Shown here one piece after another: positions 25,996-39,277 of a stretch of 64,000 bases of DNA; positions within the stretch are counted from its first letter, which is position 1, and each line of letters opens with the position of its first letter. Position numbers and translations under genes: made by a program. The notes under the pieces are model-generated. The model did not search any database. It was not told the origin of the DNA and worked only from the letters and a program-made list of their open reading frames with translations. Location: assembly GCA_017499595.2 (NCBI GenBank), contig CM039005.1, forward strand, positions 3,038,001-3,102,000, in the 5' to 3' direction. This DNA comes from Psilocybe cubensis. Its lineage: Eukaryota.

Positions 25996-28900
25996 CTACA
26001 TAATCCGACAATCCTTATCCTCCACTTTAGCGCCGTGGATCCCCATCTCTGCAAACGTCTGCGGTCTCTTGCCTCCACCGTTTCCATCTCCTACACTGTT
26101 GATGGTGCTCGCGCTCGGACGATGCGTCGCCTGCGGTTTTTGCGACTGTCCCTGCGCTAGCGGGCGCGATTGTTGGGCCTGTGATTGCGGCGAAGACTGG
26201 GACTGTGGTTGTCCATGCGAATGCGAGGGCGTATTTCGCCCACTTCCACTTCCACCAGTATACCGACCCAGATTTGGATTTGAGTTGGACGCCGAGGCGG
26301 AGAATGGCGGATAGGGCGAATTGCCAATGCCCGCGCTGGTACCAGTTGCAGAGCGCAGGTCGTCAAAGCCGCCTGCATATCCCGTATTAGAGTTTGAGTT
26401 GGGAAGGTTATTGAGTCGCATGCGTTCGAGTTTGCTTTGCATTTGCGTCTGTCCCGCCTGTGCTTGCCCTTGTCCTGCCTGTCCCCCTAGACCTTGAGCC
26501 TGTGCAGGACGTCCAGGCGACCCAGAATTGGTCGACGGCGCGTTGGCAGGAACGCTTCCACCTCCAATCGGAAGTCGTGCGGGGCTTTGCGCTCTCCTCG
26601 CCGCGCCAGGACTCTGTGTTCTTCGTCCCGGGCTCGCCATCCTTCCATGCTGGCTGTTTACACCCATGCCAACAGAGGAATCGTATCTCCCCCTCGCCGG
26701 TGACGCATCCCGTCCTCCATAGCCTTGTGGCTGCGTCCCTGGGTACCCCTGACTGTACGATCCAGAAGCAGAGAGTGACGACGAATGCGATGGCGGCAGG
26801 CGACCTCCAACAGGTATGGAGGATATAGTCCCTACCCCGCCCTGCGATTGCGAGTTTTCTGCGTGAGCCATCGAGTTCTTGCGAATCAAGTCCACGACCG
26901 CTCGGCCGTCCGGCCTCTTCTGTCCTTGTCCTTGTTGGATTCCTCCCGGTAATTGCTGTTGTTGCTGTCCGAACTGTTGCTCTCCTCCAACACCTGCACT
27001 CGCCATACTGGGGAATACCTTCCCTTCCCATGGCGGACTCACTGGCTCCTCCTCTGCCCTCCTTGCGGCCATTGTCCGTCTCCTTATTAGCTTCTGCTCA
27101 GTTATTTGGGCGTGTTCGGCACGCGTAAGCGTATGCGGTGTCGAGGAGGACGTTAGTGCGAGAAGGCGTCCTGGGGCGTCCGGATTGCCGTGGGATTTGG
27201 CCTGTGACAAGGAGAGTATTAGTTGATGTCCTCTCGAAACGATGACCATTCAATTAAACTCACCAGCTCGTACCACCCAATTGCCTTGTTCACATCACGC
27301 ACCTGTCCAACACCGACCTCGGCGTAATATCCCATTGCGAACTCTGCGCTCGGTAATCCCTTTCTCGCAGCTTTTTCAGCAAATAGAAGAGCAAGGGATT
27401 CGTCTTTTTCAAATCCTCCAACGGTATCCTGTACGTCTTTAGCATCATATTCAAGATGAAATAAATAGGCTTACGGATCCGTGAGCAAGACCTGCTCCCC
27501 CACTCCCACACAAAAACCACTTGCTCAGCGCCATATCCGCCTCTTCCATCCCTTCCGCCCCACTCTCACTCGCCAAGCTGTAATACTGAACACTAAGTAC
27601 GGGGTCGAAGCCAAAGGGCGCCTCTGCAAACTCGTATGCGTGACCGAGTTTGTACTGGGCCGCAGGAAAGTGCAAATACGCTGCTCTTTCCAGGTGCTTT
27701 CGTGCTTCAAGAGTTGGGCTGGACCCAACAGGAATGAGCGGTCCAGATGAAGGTGGTAGAGAGACCAAGGAAGAGAGAAGAGAGGGTGGTAAAGGAGCAG
27801 GAAGCAATGTGAATTCGGAGAGCAGGAGGAGTGCATAGACGTATGCTGGCTGGGGCGTGTGCAACGAGGAGAGGAGGGCAGCGCGATGGAGTAGCGGCAG
27901 TGCGGTGGCGGGGGATGCGGGTAATGCGAGTTGGCCTAGGAGGTGGGCCATCCCTAGACGCTGTTACACGATTATCGTTAGAATAATTAAAATAAAAAGG
28001 AGAAGCACGCACATAAACACAACTCTCAACTCCCATCTTTGCCCCACGCTCAAAACACTCCCTCGCCCGCTTCTCATCTCCAAAGTTCTCGTAATCTCTC
28101 CCCAATCTAAACCATGCGGCGCCGTACCCTCCCCTGGCAGCCGCCTCGTAGTCTCGAAAAGCCACGCGAGGGTTATGCGGCACGCGCGCGGGGAAGAGGC
28201 CCGTTGCGGCGAGATGGGCGCGGTACGCGATCGCTTCAGCCACATGTGGCGGCATGTCCACTTTCTTGCCCTGTGATGACGGCGGCGGAGACCATGATGA
28301 GGCAAGCGATAGCACCACGCCCACAGCCTCCTCCGCCAATCTCGCTAGCTCTGGGTCAACGCGGGACGAGTGTGATGAGGATAGGGGTCCCACGGGCGGG
28401 TCGGTCGGTGCACCCTGTGCGCGGTGGAGCAGGAAAAAGATGTCGCGTACCCAGGCGATGGTGAGATGTGGTGGGTGCGCTGGTGAGGTGGCGAGGATGG
28501 TTGGGAGGGCCCCGGCGAGATGGACTAGTGATGGTAGGGGTGCCGTTAGCGAGGGTTGTGAAGTTGTTGATGATGATGTTGATGTCGATGTCGATGTGGA
28601 GGGTTGGGCGGCGAGACGCGGTGGTGAGGACGGTCCAGGAGCGTAATACGTCTGTGCTCCCTGGATAGTCGGCGGTGGAGGCGGCGGGATGATGGAAGTC
28701 GCCATATTTGAGTTGCTTGTGGTGGTAAGAGGCACACTGGATTGGAGCGACAGACTCGCGATCGATGCGTGCAGATCAGTGTCGGACACGGGCTGTGGCG
28801 ATCCGACCCACGTCGCGTGCTGCTGGCCCTGTTGGGATTGGGAAATTTGTTGAGGAGGGCGGGAAAGGACCATGAATCCAGGGTTGTAATTGATTTCGTT

Positions 28901-29229
28901 GGTACTGGGTTGGGACTGCGAGAGCTGCTCGTCCAGCGTACGTGCCATCTAACAAGGACGATCGGTCTCGTTTTGTCTTGCAGGATCTAACCACTCACAT
29001 TAACAGGTATACTTTTATCAACTCGATGCGGACGGGGCGCAATCATCGGCCGCTCAAAGTGCGGGGGCGATTCGTACTCGTACTGGCTCGGTGTGTCGTA
29101 CTTTTCGGCTTGCCGCAGGATCTCGGGTGGGAGCGGTGGAAGCGGTGGGGGCGGGCCTGGGTTTTGGATATGAGAAGATGAATTAGAGGAAAGTTCATAA
29201 GGTCTCGGTGGGACTGGTGGTGCGGACAT
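25996..29229 (-). CDS. Sel1-repeat chitin synthase regulator (Chs4/Skt5-like) with C-terminal CaaX, multi-exon
   Basis: Sel1 repeats AAWFRLGRDYE, YRLGMAHLLGQ, AAQYKLGHAYE, EADMALSKWFLCG and SAEFAMGYYAEVG; low-complexity termini; ends DCRIM* (prenylation motif, as in Chs4 CVIM). Confidence 0.85.
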
Positions 29230-32200
29230 TGCTGCGTTGGATGGGTTTGATAGTGGATGTGATGAAGGGTTAGATTTGGTGACGATGCTGCATCAGAATC
29301 AGTCTAGGTGGTCGTTATAGTGGTCGTTGTCGTCGTGCTTCACAGCCCAATCGCGTGGATCGGAAGTAGGTGGGTAGGGGGTGTGTCGTATCGTAGATGG
29401 AGAAACGCAGCAACCAACGGGTTTGAATATATATAAAGCCGTAAAACGCACAAACGCGCTCCGTGCCCGTGAGTGTGCGCAGTCGGGTCACAGTATTTGG
29501 CTTGGCTTGAATTGATGGGGCACAGCCATCCCGGTGTACTATTCTTGCCTTTCAGCATGTCAACTACCAGGCGCACAAAGTCGAATGACGACAATGAATA
29601 AAAGGGGAGTTAAGGTACTGCTTTAACCAGTTGTGTGAGAAAAGGAGGCAGCGTAACGCACTTCACACACAGCCATAAGGACCCAATGATTTTAGGAGAA
29701 AACACGGGAGTCATTTATTTTTCTACCAGACTTGCCTTATGCTGTCCAGAAATGGCAATTAAACGTGACTTCTACATAAAAAAACATAAAAACATACCGA
29801 AATAGGTAGTTCTTGATGTTATTGAGCGATAGCATGGAGTATGGATGCCAAATTGAAAGTAACTTTTTATGGTGTAGTTTTACTGCCCATGAGCGCCAGC
29901 AGGTTTTGTTTTAGTATGAATTTTACACCGAGTCGGAGGCGCTCCCCCTTTTCCGCTCGCGGGACAACATATTCCGGCGAGTTCCTTGGATTCGGTGGAT
30001 TCGGCACCGCCTTCGCCTACGTATTAAAACATGGTTCACGCCCGCGCCTTTGGTTTTTTGGCTTGTGTACTCACCAGTATAACCATCACATTCACTCTTT
30101 TAACTTACTGTGATTGTATCGCGCTCACCTACCCATCAACCGTTTCCTGTGTTACCGACAAGTTCCTGGCCATCACGAATATCAACGAAAAAATAGTAAC
30201 ACTGAGAGTATCATGTTAAGTGCAGGAGACATATGATTGATGATCGGATGATCCATATCGTTATGACCTCCATGGGATGGGCGTTCAAAACTCATCCAAT
30301 GTGATGGACGGACGCCCACACAAACACGCGTAGGTGAGACTCAGAAACTCGACGTCAAACGCCGCTATCGCCGTATGTAGTTATTTTTTGTAGGTGACAT
30401 CACAACAACGGGTCATTGTCTGGCGCTTTTCTATTCTTATATATGTACATCACTCTAGGCGCTGGATTGAGAATAGAAAAGGTGGATGAATGATTAAGGT
30501 TTCTATTTGAGCATATTGATAATTAGAGCAATGTGGTGGCATAGACAAAATTCAGGCCTCGAGTAATAGCCTTGAGTGAGAAATGAAGTTGTTTTTGGTA
30601 TTTTGGGCCTCAAATAATCACTTGATGTCCTTTTTTGTACAATTAATGTGTGATATAGGCATTAATGTTGCCTAGAATATTTGCATTTTAACAAAAGCGC
30701 GATAGAAGGAAGTTATACACTTTTGGTTGGGAAGGTCAGAAAGGTAATACAAAGATTAATATGACCTTAATAAAAAGACGTTTATCACAGGAGGTAGTCA
30801 GCTTTCTGTATACTTTGTATCTGCTTGAACAAGGCTTAGAGGTCATTTCTCAAGTAAACGACGCCTTCTGAATGAAAATCGGTCCGATATGCCTAAAAAT
30901 AGGTTGCGGAATGACGCGGATCATACGGATCAAGAGCCGTTGATCGCGCACGGGCCCGTCCGAGGACCCACATTAAAAGCGCAGTTGAGATTCGCATTTC
31001 CCGACTTCGCATTTCAATCCCCCCCACTACATACACCATCACCACTCCATGTTGGTCTGTTCCGTGCCTTTCGCTCTGATTCTGCGGGATCGATAACGTT
31101 GACGATATTCTCTTACGCTTCAAGCGCGTTCGACCGTCGCTTCCCAGCGCGTACGGCGCACAAGCATTTGGGGCGCATATAGTCGCGTTTTCCGATGCAA
31201 ATTGGGCATATGCGCGTTTTCTCAGATTCCAGTGCTCTTAGAAGCTTCTGAATTTGTCAGCGTACGATCCAAGGTGGAGGTTTTCGGTAAGCCCTTCAAA
31301 GAAAGTTCTCAGTGAACCTCTATAGCTATTTTCCTGCGTCGATCTTTTTGTTCTGGTCGCTGGTACCTTCTTTCTCCACCCAGTGGAGGAATCATCCTTT
31401 GGTTCTATGATATCTGTGGTACTCAATCACATTTCCTCTGAATCCACGAAGCATATCATGCACCAAAAACGCGCATATATGCTGTTGTGCTCTTCCACAG
31501 GGGTATGTTTTCTCGAACCGTCGTTTTGCTTTTCTGTGGTTCTCTGTCGACTCTGCAAAACCAGCTGTCCACCATCGTGCCTATATCTGTCTTTCTTGGT
31601 CTGGTTTGGCGCATACATTCATCTCTCTACTCTCCTCTTGACAATGATGCTTTGGCATCTTTTGCCCCTTTCACTTCTGTACCTCTCATGGGATTGACTG
31701 GTGCACTCTCCGCTTTCGTGACTTGCTCTGCTGTCATGCTACAGGGACACTGAAATGCAGCAGTGAAATCTGTCATGGTAAGAGCTATCACTGGTGGTTT
31801 TCCGGCATCCCATGGGATGAACTAAACCTCCGATGTCACCTTTATCGCCAATCTTGGTCAATGCAACACTGTTCTCGGTGTTTACTCGCTGGCATGAATC
31901 CAATGCCCTTTCTTGTGCTGAGATCGTCAGGGCTTTATTTCGCGTACTCTTTTCCAAGGCAACACCACATTCGTTGTGTAATGCGGATACAGGTCTCTTC
32001 GAACGCGCACTACTTGTCAGCCCTCCTTCCTCTTCGGGGCACGTCTCGACTATTGGATGAGATCCTGAACCCTTGGGTGATATCTACTTGTGACTGCACT
32101 CATGCGCATTTGCATAGGGTTTGTCAGACGCAAGTTGATGTATCCTCTTATATCTACGGGTCTGAATCTCATCCGATCGATGCCGTGCCTCGTACTCCTC

Positions 32201-33693
32201 GCTTCTTCTAGGCTTTTAAGACTGATTAAACTGATCAGTCTTAATGATGTTACTCTGGCCAAAAGATTGCCATTTCACTCTGTCCTCTTTATGATGAGGT
32301 CTGTTCATTTTCTCGGTCATCCTATGCTCCATCTACGCAAGAGATCCGCGTGGATGCTGTCTTGGTCTTCCACAGGGGATATCATCTCTCAAGCTAGCAA
32401 TCGTCTTTCTGCGATAATCTGTCGACTCCAATATCTTAAGTGCCTGTGATGATCGTGCCCCATTTTATGGGCCATTTTGCGCATATATTCATCCATCTAC
32501 AGGCCTCCAAACGCCTGCTGTCTCTTGTCCCTGGCCTTGTGTAATACGCATACGGGTCTACATTCCTTGAACTCCCCGCGCTCCAACGCACATTTAAGTA
32601 TCAGATGAGATGCTGAACCCTGGGGTGGTAATTTCGTTTGACGAGGCATAACCTTTGTCGGATGTAAGCCCTCCCTAGGGATCTGTATCTCATTTGATTA
32701 TTGCTCAGGTCATACCATCTAGCGTACCACGTGGGGGTATAAAACTGCGTAAGATGACGCAAGGCAAGCCCCGCAAAACCCATTGACTTTGTGGATGAAT
32801 TAAAAGAAAAGGAGATTCTTTCTGATGTGATTTGCTCATTTCTTCTGCGATCCCATGCTCCGCCTATCTTTCAGACTCACAGCCGCTCGCAGCTCCACTG
32901 ATCTGAGTTAATTAATATGCGGGGATCGGTCGCAATGACTACGGATGCAATTATTTATACTTGGATGTGTTTGGATAATTGAATACCGAGGCCGTCGCCG
33001 ACGTTCAGACCTCTGAACATGAAACATACTCATCATTATTGAACAGCTGTGTAGGCGCTCAACGGGAGGATTGACCGCTTTTACACTGCTCCATCAATAA
33101 CGGGGATCCTTACCTTTGCACCCAAGGATACAATGGTATTGGAAATTCGCTTACTAGGTTGGTTTTAGGCCTGCGTTAAGGGTTTATCGACGAGTCGACA
33201 ATGCTACATATAATTATAATTAAATGCCGACAATCTTCACCGGGTATGTGTACTTCGCAGGCAGTGCGCTCCGCTTAAACCCAAAGTATTTCAGTCGATT
33301 TCCGTTCTGCAGATCTTTGTCACATTATATTTTGGATGCCGGTCCATCCAGTACGGTGCAGTACGGTGAGATGCATGCGTAGTCAGTAGTCAGCATAGTC
33401 ATTTTGGCCTGTTTACATTCATGTTAATGGAGGAGAATGGTGCGACGGGTTGATGCCCCGTCGGCTTTGAAGATATCGTGAGATGCTGGATGGCTATCCT
33501 GTTCAAAACGTGTGGTCTACTCTCACGTTGGGTGTAAACAGTATAAGAAGAACATATTTCATCAGAGGCTGTATCGGCTACGGATGTAAATACTTCTTAT
33601 TAATTGTCGCGTCGTCGTCAGGCGCTCAATTTTCTGGAATGGTACTTATAACTATAAGACCTTGTGCGGAGTTGTAATTCGCGTATCATTGAG

Positions 33694-35064
33694 ATGTCCC
33701 AACCTAGTTTGATTGAGCTAGTAAAGGTTGAGAATTATGCGTTGAGTTCGATTCTCAACGCGTCGATGCTCTATAATTTCCTGATGGGTGAGTAGAACTT
33801 CTTCTGATGAACGTGGATAAAAATTGACATTGAATAGGGATCTACACGATAGTATATGCCGGGACACTCTACGTATACCGTAGGTACCTCCACCCCTCCC
33901 AGAAGAACCAGTATCTGATGCCATACCGCATTCCTCTAAATCAAAGTATCGAAACGATCGTCCAGTACCGGTCGCTGGATCGTTCTAACTTGCATCTCTG
34001 CGCTCTACGTATTCTCCGTCGTCAACTTTATCCTCCACTGGACATTCCTATCCCGTGTATTTATTGCGCACGGAGACACTAAGACGTCCATCTTCCTCGC
34101 GTCGCTCGTTAACCCGGCGTGGTTTGATATCACGGATGAGCTGTGTCAGGGTCTCCCGCTTGTAATTTCTGATGCGCTTTTGGTTTGTGGTTTATGTTGA
34201 GGGGTCAAAAATGGGATATTACTGAGATGTTGTGTGGGTTTTTGATAGACTTGGAGGTGTTATCATGCATGGGGACAATCTGTGAAAATAGCAGCAGTTC
34301 TATCACTACTGTGCATTGCAGAACTCGGTACGTCTCTATACCCATCGCTAGCGCACGACGGATAATCCTGACATGACTGCTCCTTTCCATGCAATGCAGC
34401 GCTGGGCATTGCATACGTCGTATTCCAATCTACAAGCGCGAGCGCACGCGCACCGCATGTAGGCGTGAACATAGAGACCGCACTGGCATTCATATCCCTC
34501 CTCGCCACATCCTCCGCCACATTCCTGATCGGATACCGCATCCGCATCGTCTCGGACACCCTCGGCGGGCCTGTGAGACAAGGGAGATCTAGTAGAGCGA
34601 TACGTGCGAAGGCGTACACACGCATCGTGGTGACGATTGTGGAATCGTCCGCGGTGTATGCGGTCGCGCTGTTCATGTTTGCGCTGACGACTGTTGTGCC
34701 TGTCTTCCGCGACGCGGAGTCGCCGATGTCGCAGGCGGGGTTGTATATCGATGCTGTGTTGTTGATAGTTGCGGTACGTTACAATTACACGCTGGAAAGT
34801 CACCCGAGAGTTTACTTTGATGCCTTTTGTTTATAGGGTCTGGCGCCGACTGTGATGGTCCTGCGTTTAGCGCTGGCTAGCGCTAACTCCAACAATGCGG
34901 CTTCGTCCAACACGCTATCTAATGTCGTCGGGGTAGAATTTTACGTTTCTAGTCATGGTGGGAATACAGTGGGTACGGGTATTGGCGCCCGTAGAGAGAA
35001 TAGCTGGCCGTCTCCCGTCGAAGGTTGTCAGATTGACTACTCTCCGAATGACCTAGAGAAATAG
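33694..35064 (+). CDS. Multi-pass (7TM-like) membrane protein, paralogue A, multi-exon
   Basis: Spliced: MSQPSL..LNASMLYNFLM/GIYTIVYAGTL/..SDALL/TWRCYHAWG../..IVESSAVY../GLAPTVMVLRLA; motifs typical of the expanded agaricomycete 7TM-like family. Confidence 0.75.
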
Positions 35065-36473
35065 ACAATCTACATTATGGTATGTTGTTATAGCCTCCCG
35101 AATCCTCTACACATCATGAACTCCCTGCTATTAATTGCAGATGTATTGTATTTGAACTCTGTCGAGATAAATGGTATCTAAAGCTAATTGTAACATAAAT
35201 TGCTCTGTCTGCAAGTTCACCGATATGCCCGGGCATTACTGATTCAGGGGATTTATTAACCGTTGCAGTGTATCTTATCTGCCACTCACCCGTCTTTCTC
35301 ACAAATGTACTTCAGGTCTCTAAATCTCGTACTTTAAATAAATAAGGTTGTACATATGACCTGTAGCTAATTTCTATGTAAGTACTTTACATTGGGAGGA
35401 GCGTCGGCGAGGGGCTCAGAGGCTCAGAACCTGATCTGCAGGCCGAGATTTCCCGGTGCACAGCCACCTACGGACTCCGAGAAAATCTGATGCTCGTAAC
35501 GTTCACAAGTACTGTGCCTGCATGTGAAACTTAGGAGTAATATTTTCATAACATAAATATCTGCAGTTTTACTTGAAAACTTCCAAATTGGATGTTTATT
35601 TCTGACTGAAAATATCAAAATCGGTGAGACTCCCTCGCCGAACACGCGCTAGTCGGGAGTTCGTTGGATATTTTTGTCACACATCAGATGTTCTTAGAGA
35701 AAATGCACCGCTTGGTGCGTTATCTAACTTCAATAAAATTGGCATAATATGTAGTAAAAACGTCTTCAATAAGGTCACTTCTTCGTTTGCCGTGTTTTGT
35801 GTCTACCTCTGGGCTTGATAGTCTTTCAACCATTCCTTGATAGTCGCTACATTGAAACAGATTGAAACGCTTCCCATTTACTTTTGATTCATTCTAGGTG
35901 GTTTTGACAGATGGTTCGGGGATGGGGTTCCTTGATGAATGTGCTCCAATCTATAGTTGTTCACAGAAGGCACACACCCACGGCTCTCTTATCAATCATC
36001 TGGTCCATGTTTTGTTGCAGATTTCCTCCCTGGTCATGGTAATATGGTTCTTCTACAGGCATTATGCTGTGCGGCAACGTTTCCGAAATGGTCGTGTTGA
36101 CCACGTGAAAAGAATACATTTGTTTTTGAATGCTACAAAGCTGGAGTTTTCATGATGAACATATATTATTATTAAGGACTTTGTGTCCAACCGACATTTC
36201 AGGGTATGATGATGATGGACCATTTTATTTATGATGTTCGTTGACTTCGGGAATGGCGAATTGTTGATGTTTTCGGTTATTGGGAAGTTTGTTATTTTTT
36301 ATGTTGTTGATTGATTCATCCAGAAATATGAGTTTAATTAGGGTTGCAATGTGTAAAAATTTCCAATACGAGCATTCTGGACGACGCATCTTTACAGAGA
36401 CCGAGCGATATAAGACATTGCATAGTTTTGGAATGCTCCATTGAGTGGTACTGGTACTCGTACATCTTCTGCC

Positions 36474-37761
36474 ATGTTCCAATTGAATGTAACCCTACCA
36501 GCTAATGTTGAAAATTATACAATCAGCGCCAACTTAAATGCTTCAATGCTCTATTGCTTCCTCATGGGTGAGTTATTTTATGGTTCCATTAACAGCAAAC
36601 AAAACGTATCATAATCAATTCAACAGGAATATATACTATCGTCTATGGTGGTACCCTCTACGTGTGCTGTATGTGTTTTGACATTCTTTCAGCTTAGACA
36701 AGGCTAATAACTGTGTTTCTGCAGTAACAAAAACGACGCCCAATACGAGCAATCGAGTAGTTTTACCCACCATCACAATTTTATACCTGTTTGCTCTTGT
36801 CTACTTCATCCTCGTGTGGTATATCCTGAACTGGACATACGTTTTGCATGGCGACACCAAAGCGTCGATTTTTGTGGCGTCCTACGCTCCTCCGGGATGG
36901 TTTAACATTGCGGACGAGTTGTTACAAGGGTTGCCGATTGTCATTGCGGATGCACTTTTGGTATGTCATGCGCATCTAGGGTTAAATAAATGAAATGATC
37001 CAATTAGGCACTGCAATAGATTTGGAGGTGTTACCACGTTTGGGGAAAGTCATGGAAAGCAATTTCGTTTCCGTCATTTTTCCTTGTTTCAGAGCTCAGT
37101 ACGTGCGATATATACCATTCAACGCATTGATATATAAATCATTAACTCGCAGTTTTGGGTATTTCGGACGTCATATTGGAATCCCAAGTCCCCCTGTATT
37201 CTATGGCTGGAAGCAGCACTCTTGCGCGAAAAATCAAAACGGCACTAGCCTTCACCTCTGTCATCACCACGTCCTCTTCAACCTTTCTGATCGGATACAA
37301 AATACGCACAGTATCCAACGGCATCGGCCAGTCTTCAACACGGTACATCCGCATTTTCACCATCATCTTGGAATCTTCCGCGATTTATTCAGTTGTGCTG
37401 CTTATGTTTGCGCTCACCTTCTTGCCAGTGTTTGATTCGGACAATCTGGAGTCACCCTTGTCGCAAGCGGGCATCTACGTTGCTTCACTCCTAAATATTA
37501 TATCGGTATGTGAGATGCGTATATCAGATCTTTTGGATGCTGAAGACCCGTATTTAGGGACTGCCACCGACCATTATGGTCCTGTTGATTGCGCTATCCA
37601 CTTCAAACAGCAAGACTTCGACGGCTATAAAAACCAACGTGTCTACAATGAACTTTAGTACACCCTCGAAGGTTACAGGTAAAATGGAAAGTACCGTTAT
37701 AATGACCAGAGATGAACATATCCATGTTACTTCACTGCGTCACATGGAAAGGGGCAAATAG
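36474..37761 (+). CDS. Multi-pass (7TM-like) membrane protein, paralogue B, multi-exon
   Basis: Same exon structure and motifs as paralogue A (LNASMLYCFLM, ADALL/IWRCYHVWG, ILESSAIY, ESPLSQAG, GLPPTIMVL). Confidence 0.75.
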
Positions 37762-37766
37762 AAAAA

Positions 37767-38685
37767 TAAGTGCACGCAAGTGCATGCAAGTGCATGCAAG
37801 TGCATGCAAGTGCAATGCAAGTGCATGCAAGTGCAATGCAAGTGCAGAGTCGCGTGTGACAAATGTGCCAATATGTCACAATTATTTCCTCGGGACTAAG
37901 GTGCCGGTGCATGCCGAGTGAGGAGAACATGCCATGTTTTGCTCGTACAACTGAGGTCTGAGGCAAATGAACAATTTTTGCTGCTAGCATTAGTTTTGAA
38001 TACTGCCTCTGTTAGACTATTTATTCTAAAATATGCTTCAGACAGTTTGTGCGCCATTTTATGTCACATTGCACTGCCAGGGATGTGTTGTCACGGACTT
38101 GTGATCTGTCGTCACATGGACCAATGAACTCGTTGTAAATACACCTTGTGCCTTGGAGTATGAGCAAATGAAACATAAAACTTACATATTTCGGTCTGTG
38201 TGGTGTACCCATTCTCCCGAATGGTGTTTTTTATTCTCTTTGGGCAACTTGGGGCGAAATAAATTGAAAATAAGTTTGAATATTCTCTCTACAATGATGA
38301 GGTACTACATCAAGCAAAACAATGTCTGCCTGCTAAAACCTCCGCTATTCGGATTACGTAATTGGGTAACATTAAAAAGTATGCTTATAGCTGGAGATTC
38401 TGCTGGCAATTATACAATAATTGACTCGTCTCCGATAACCTTCTAATTTATGTCACATTTATGTCACATGCACTTGCGTTACACTGCACTTGCACTGCAC
38501 TGCACTTGCGTGCACTTGCACTGCACTCGCGTGCACTCACGTGCACTTGCGCGCACTTGCATGCACTTGCATGCACTCGCACTGCACTTGCATGCACTCG
38601 CACTGCACTCGCACTGCACTTGCATTGCACTTGCGTGCACTTGCACTGCACTTGCATGCACTTGCATTGCACTTGAATGCAATTA
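37767..38685. mobile_element. Foldback/MITE-like element with modular TGCAAG/TGCACT inverted termini
   Basis: Left (AAGTGCATGC)n-type array 37767-37847 plus TGTGACA; right ATGTCACA plus (GCACTTGCA)n-type array 38449-38685 in inverted orientation; TA at both outer ends. Confidence 0.6.
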
Positions 38686-39277
38686 AGTTTACTGCATAGT
38701 ACTTGAGTATCACCGTGCCTATTGAAGGCTTTTAGTGGGGTTGACGCGTGACATGTCTAGAATTAGAGACCGTGACTTCGTCAACCGCTTCGTCAATCAA
38801 CAGCTGTCTGAGAACAAAAGGGTTGGATTGGGTATGCTTAATCCATAATCTGTAAAGCAGGTACACTGTGAAAGGTAAGTATATACTATTACTTGATATT
38901 TTTCACGGTAGTTAACTGATGATATTCATTTATGTGATACTGGCAGATAAATGTTTATTATATAGTGCAAATGGGTGGCCCTTCACGGAGGTCTCACTAT
39001 ACTTTTTGAGAAGATATGTGTTTTTCTATCATGCCTATCAATCTTACTGAACCTGACGAATAGGTTTATTTCATTACTTCTGTCCGTATTCCAAATCAAT
39101 TCCTTATTTTGCCAAGAAGATAATTTGGTTCCGCTCAATCAAACCCGAATTCATGTGATAGTAAATTTTCACCGGTGATCCTTGCCTCTAACCATTATTC
39201 TAACGAATTCTGCTACTGGATGACATTTTTTGTGAGTCTGAACTATAACCTTGCCAATCTTTGAAACCTCTAATGGT

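Noticed and set aside
31238-32800. Possible minus-strand gene with an internal duplication (YHPRVQxLI twice, ~32060 and ~32610)
   Set aside because: The duplication is real, but I could not build a consistent spliced frame or recognise a family; at best a decayed remnant.
38448-38699. Cys/His-rich ORFs in all frames that look like metallothioneins
   Set aside because: They are translations of the TGCA microrepeat array.
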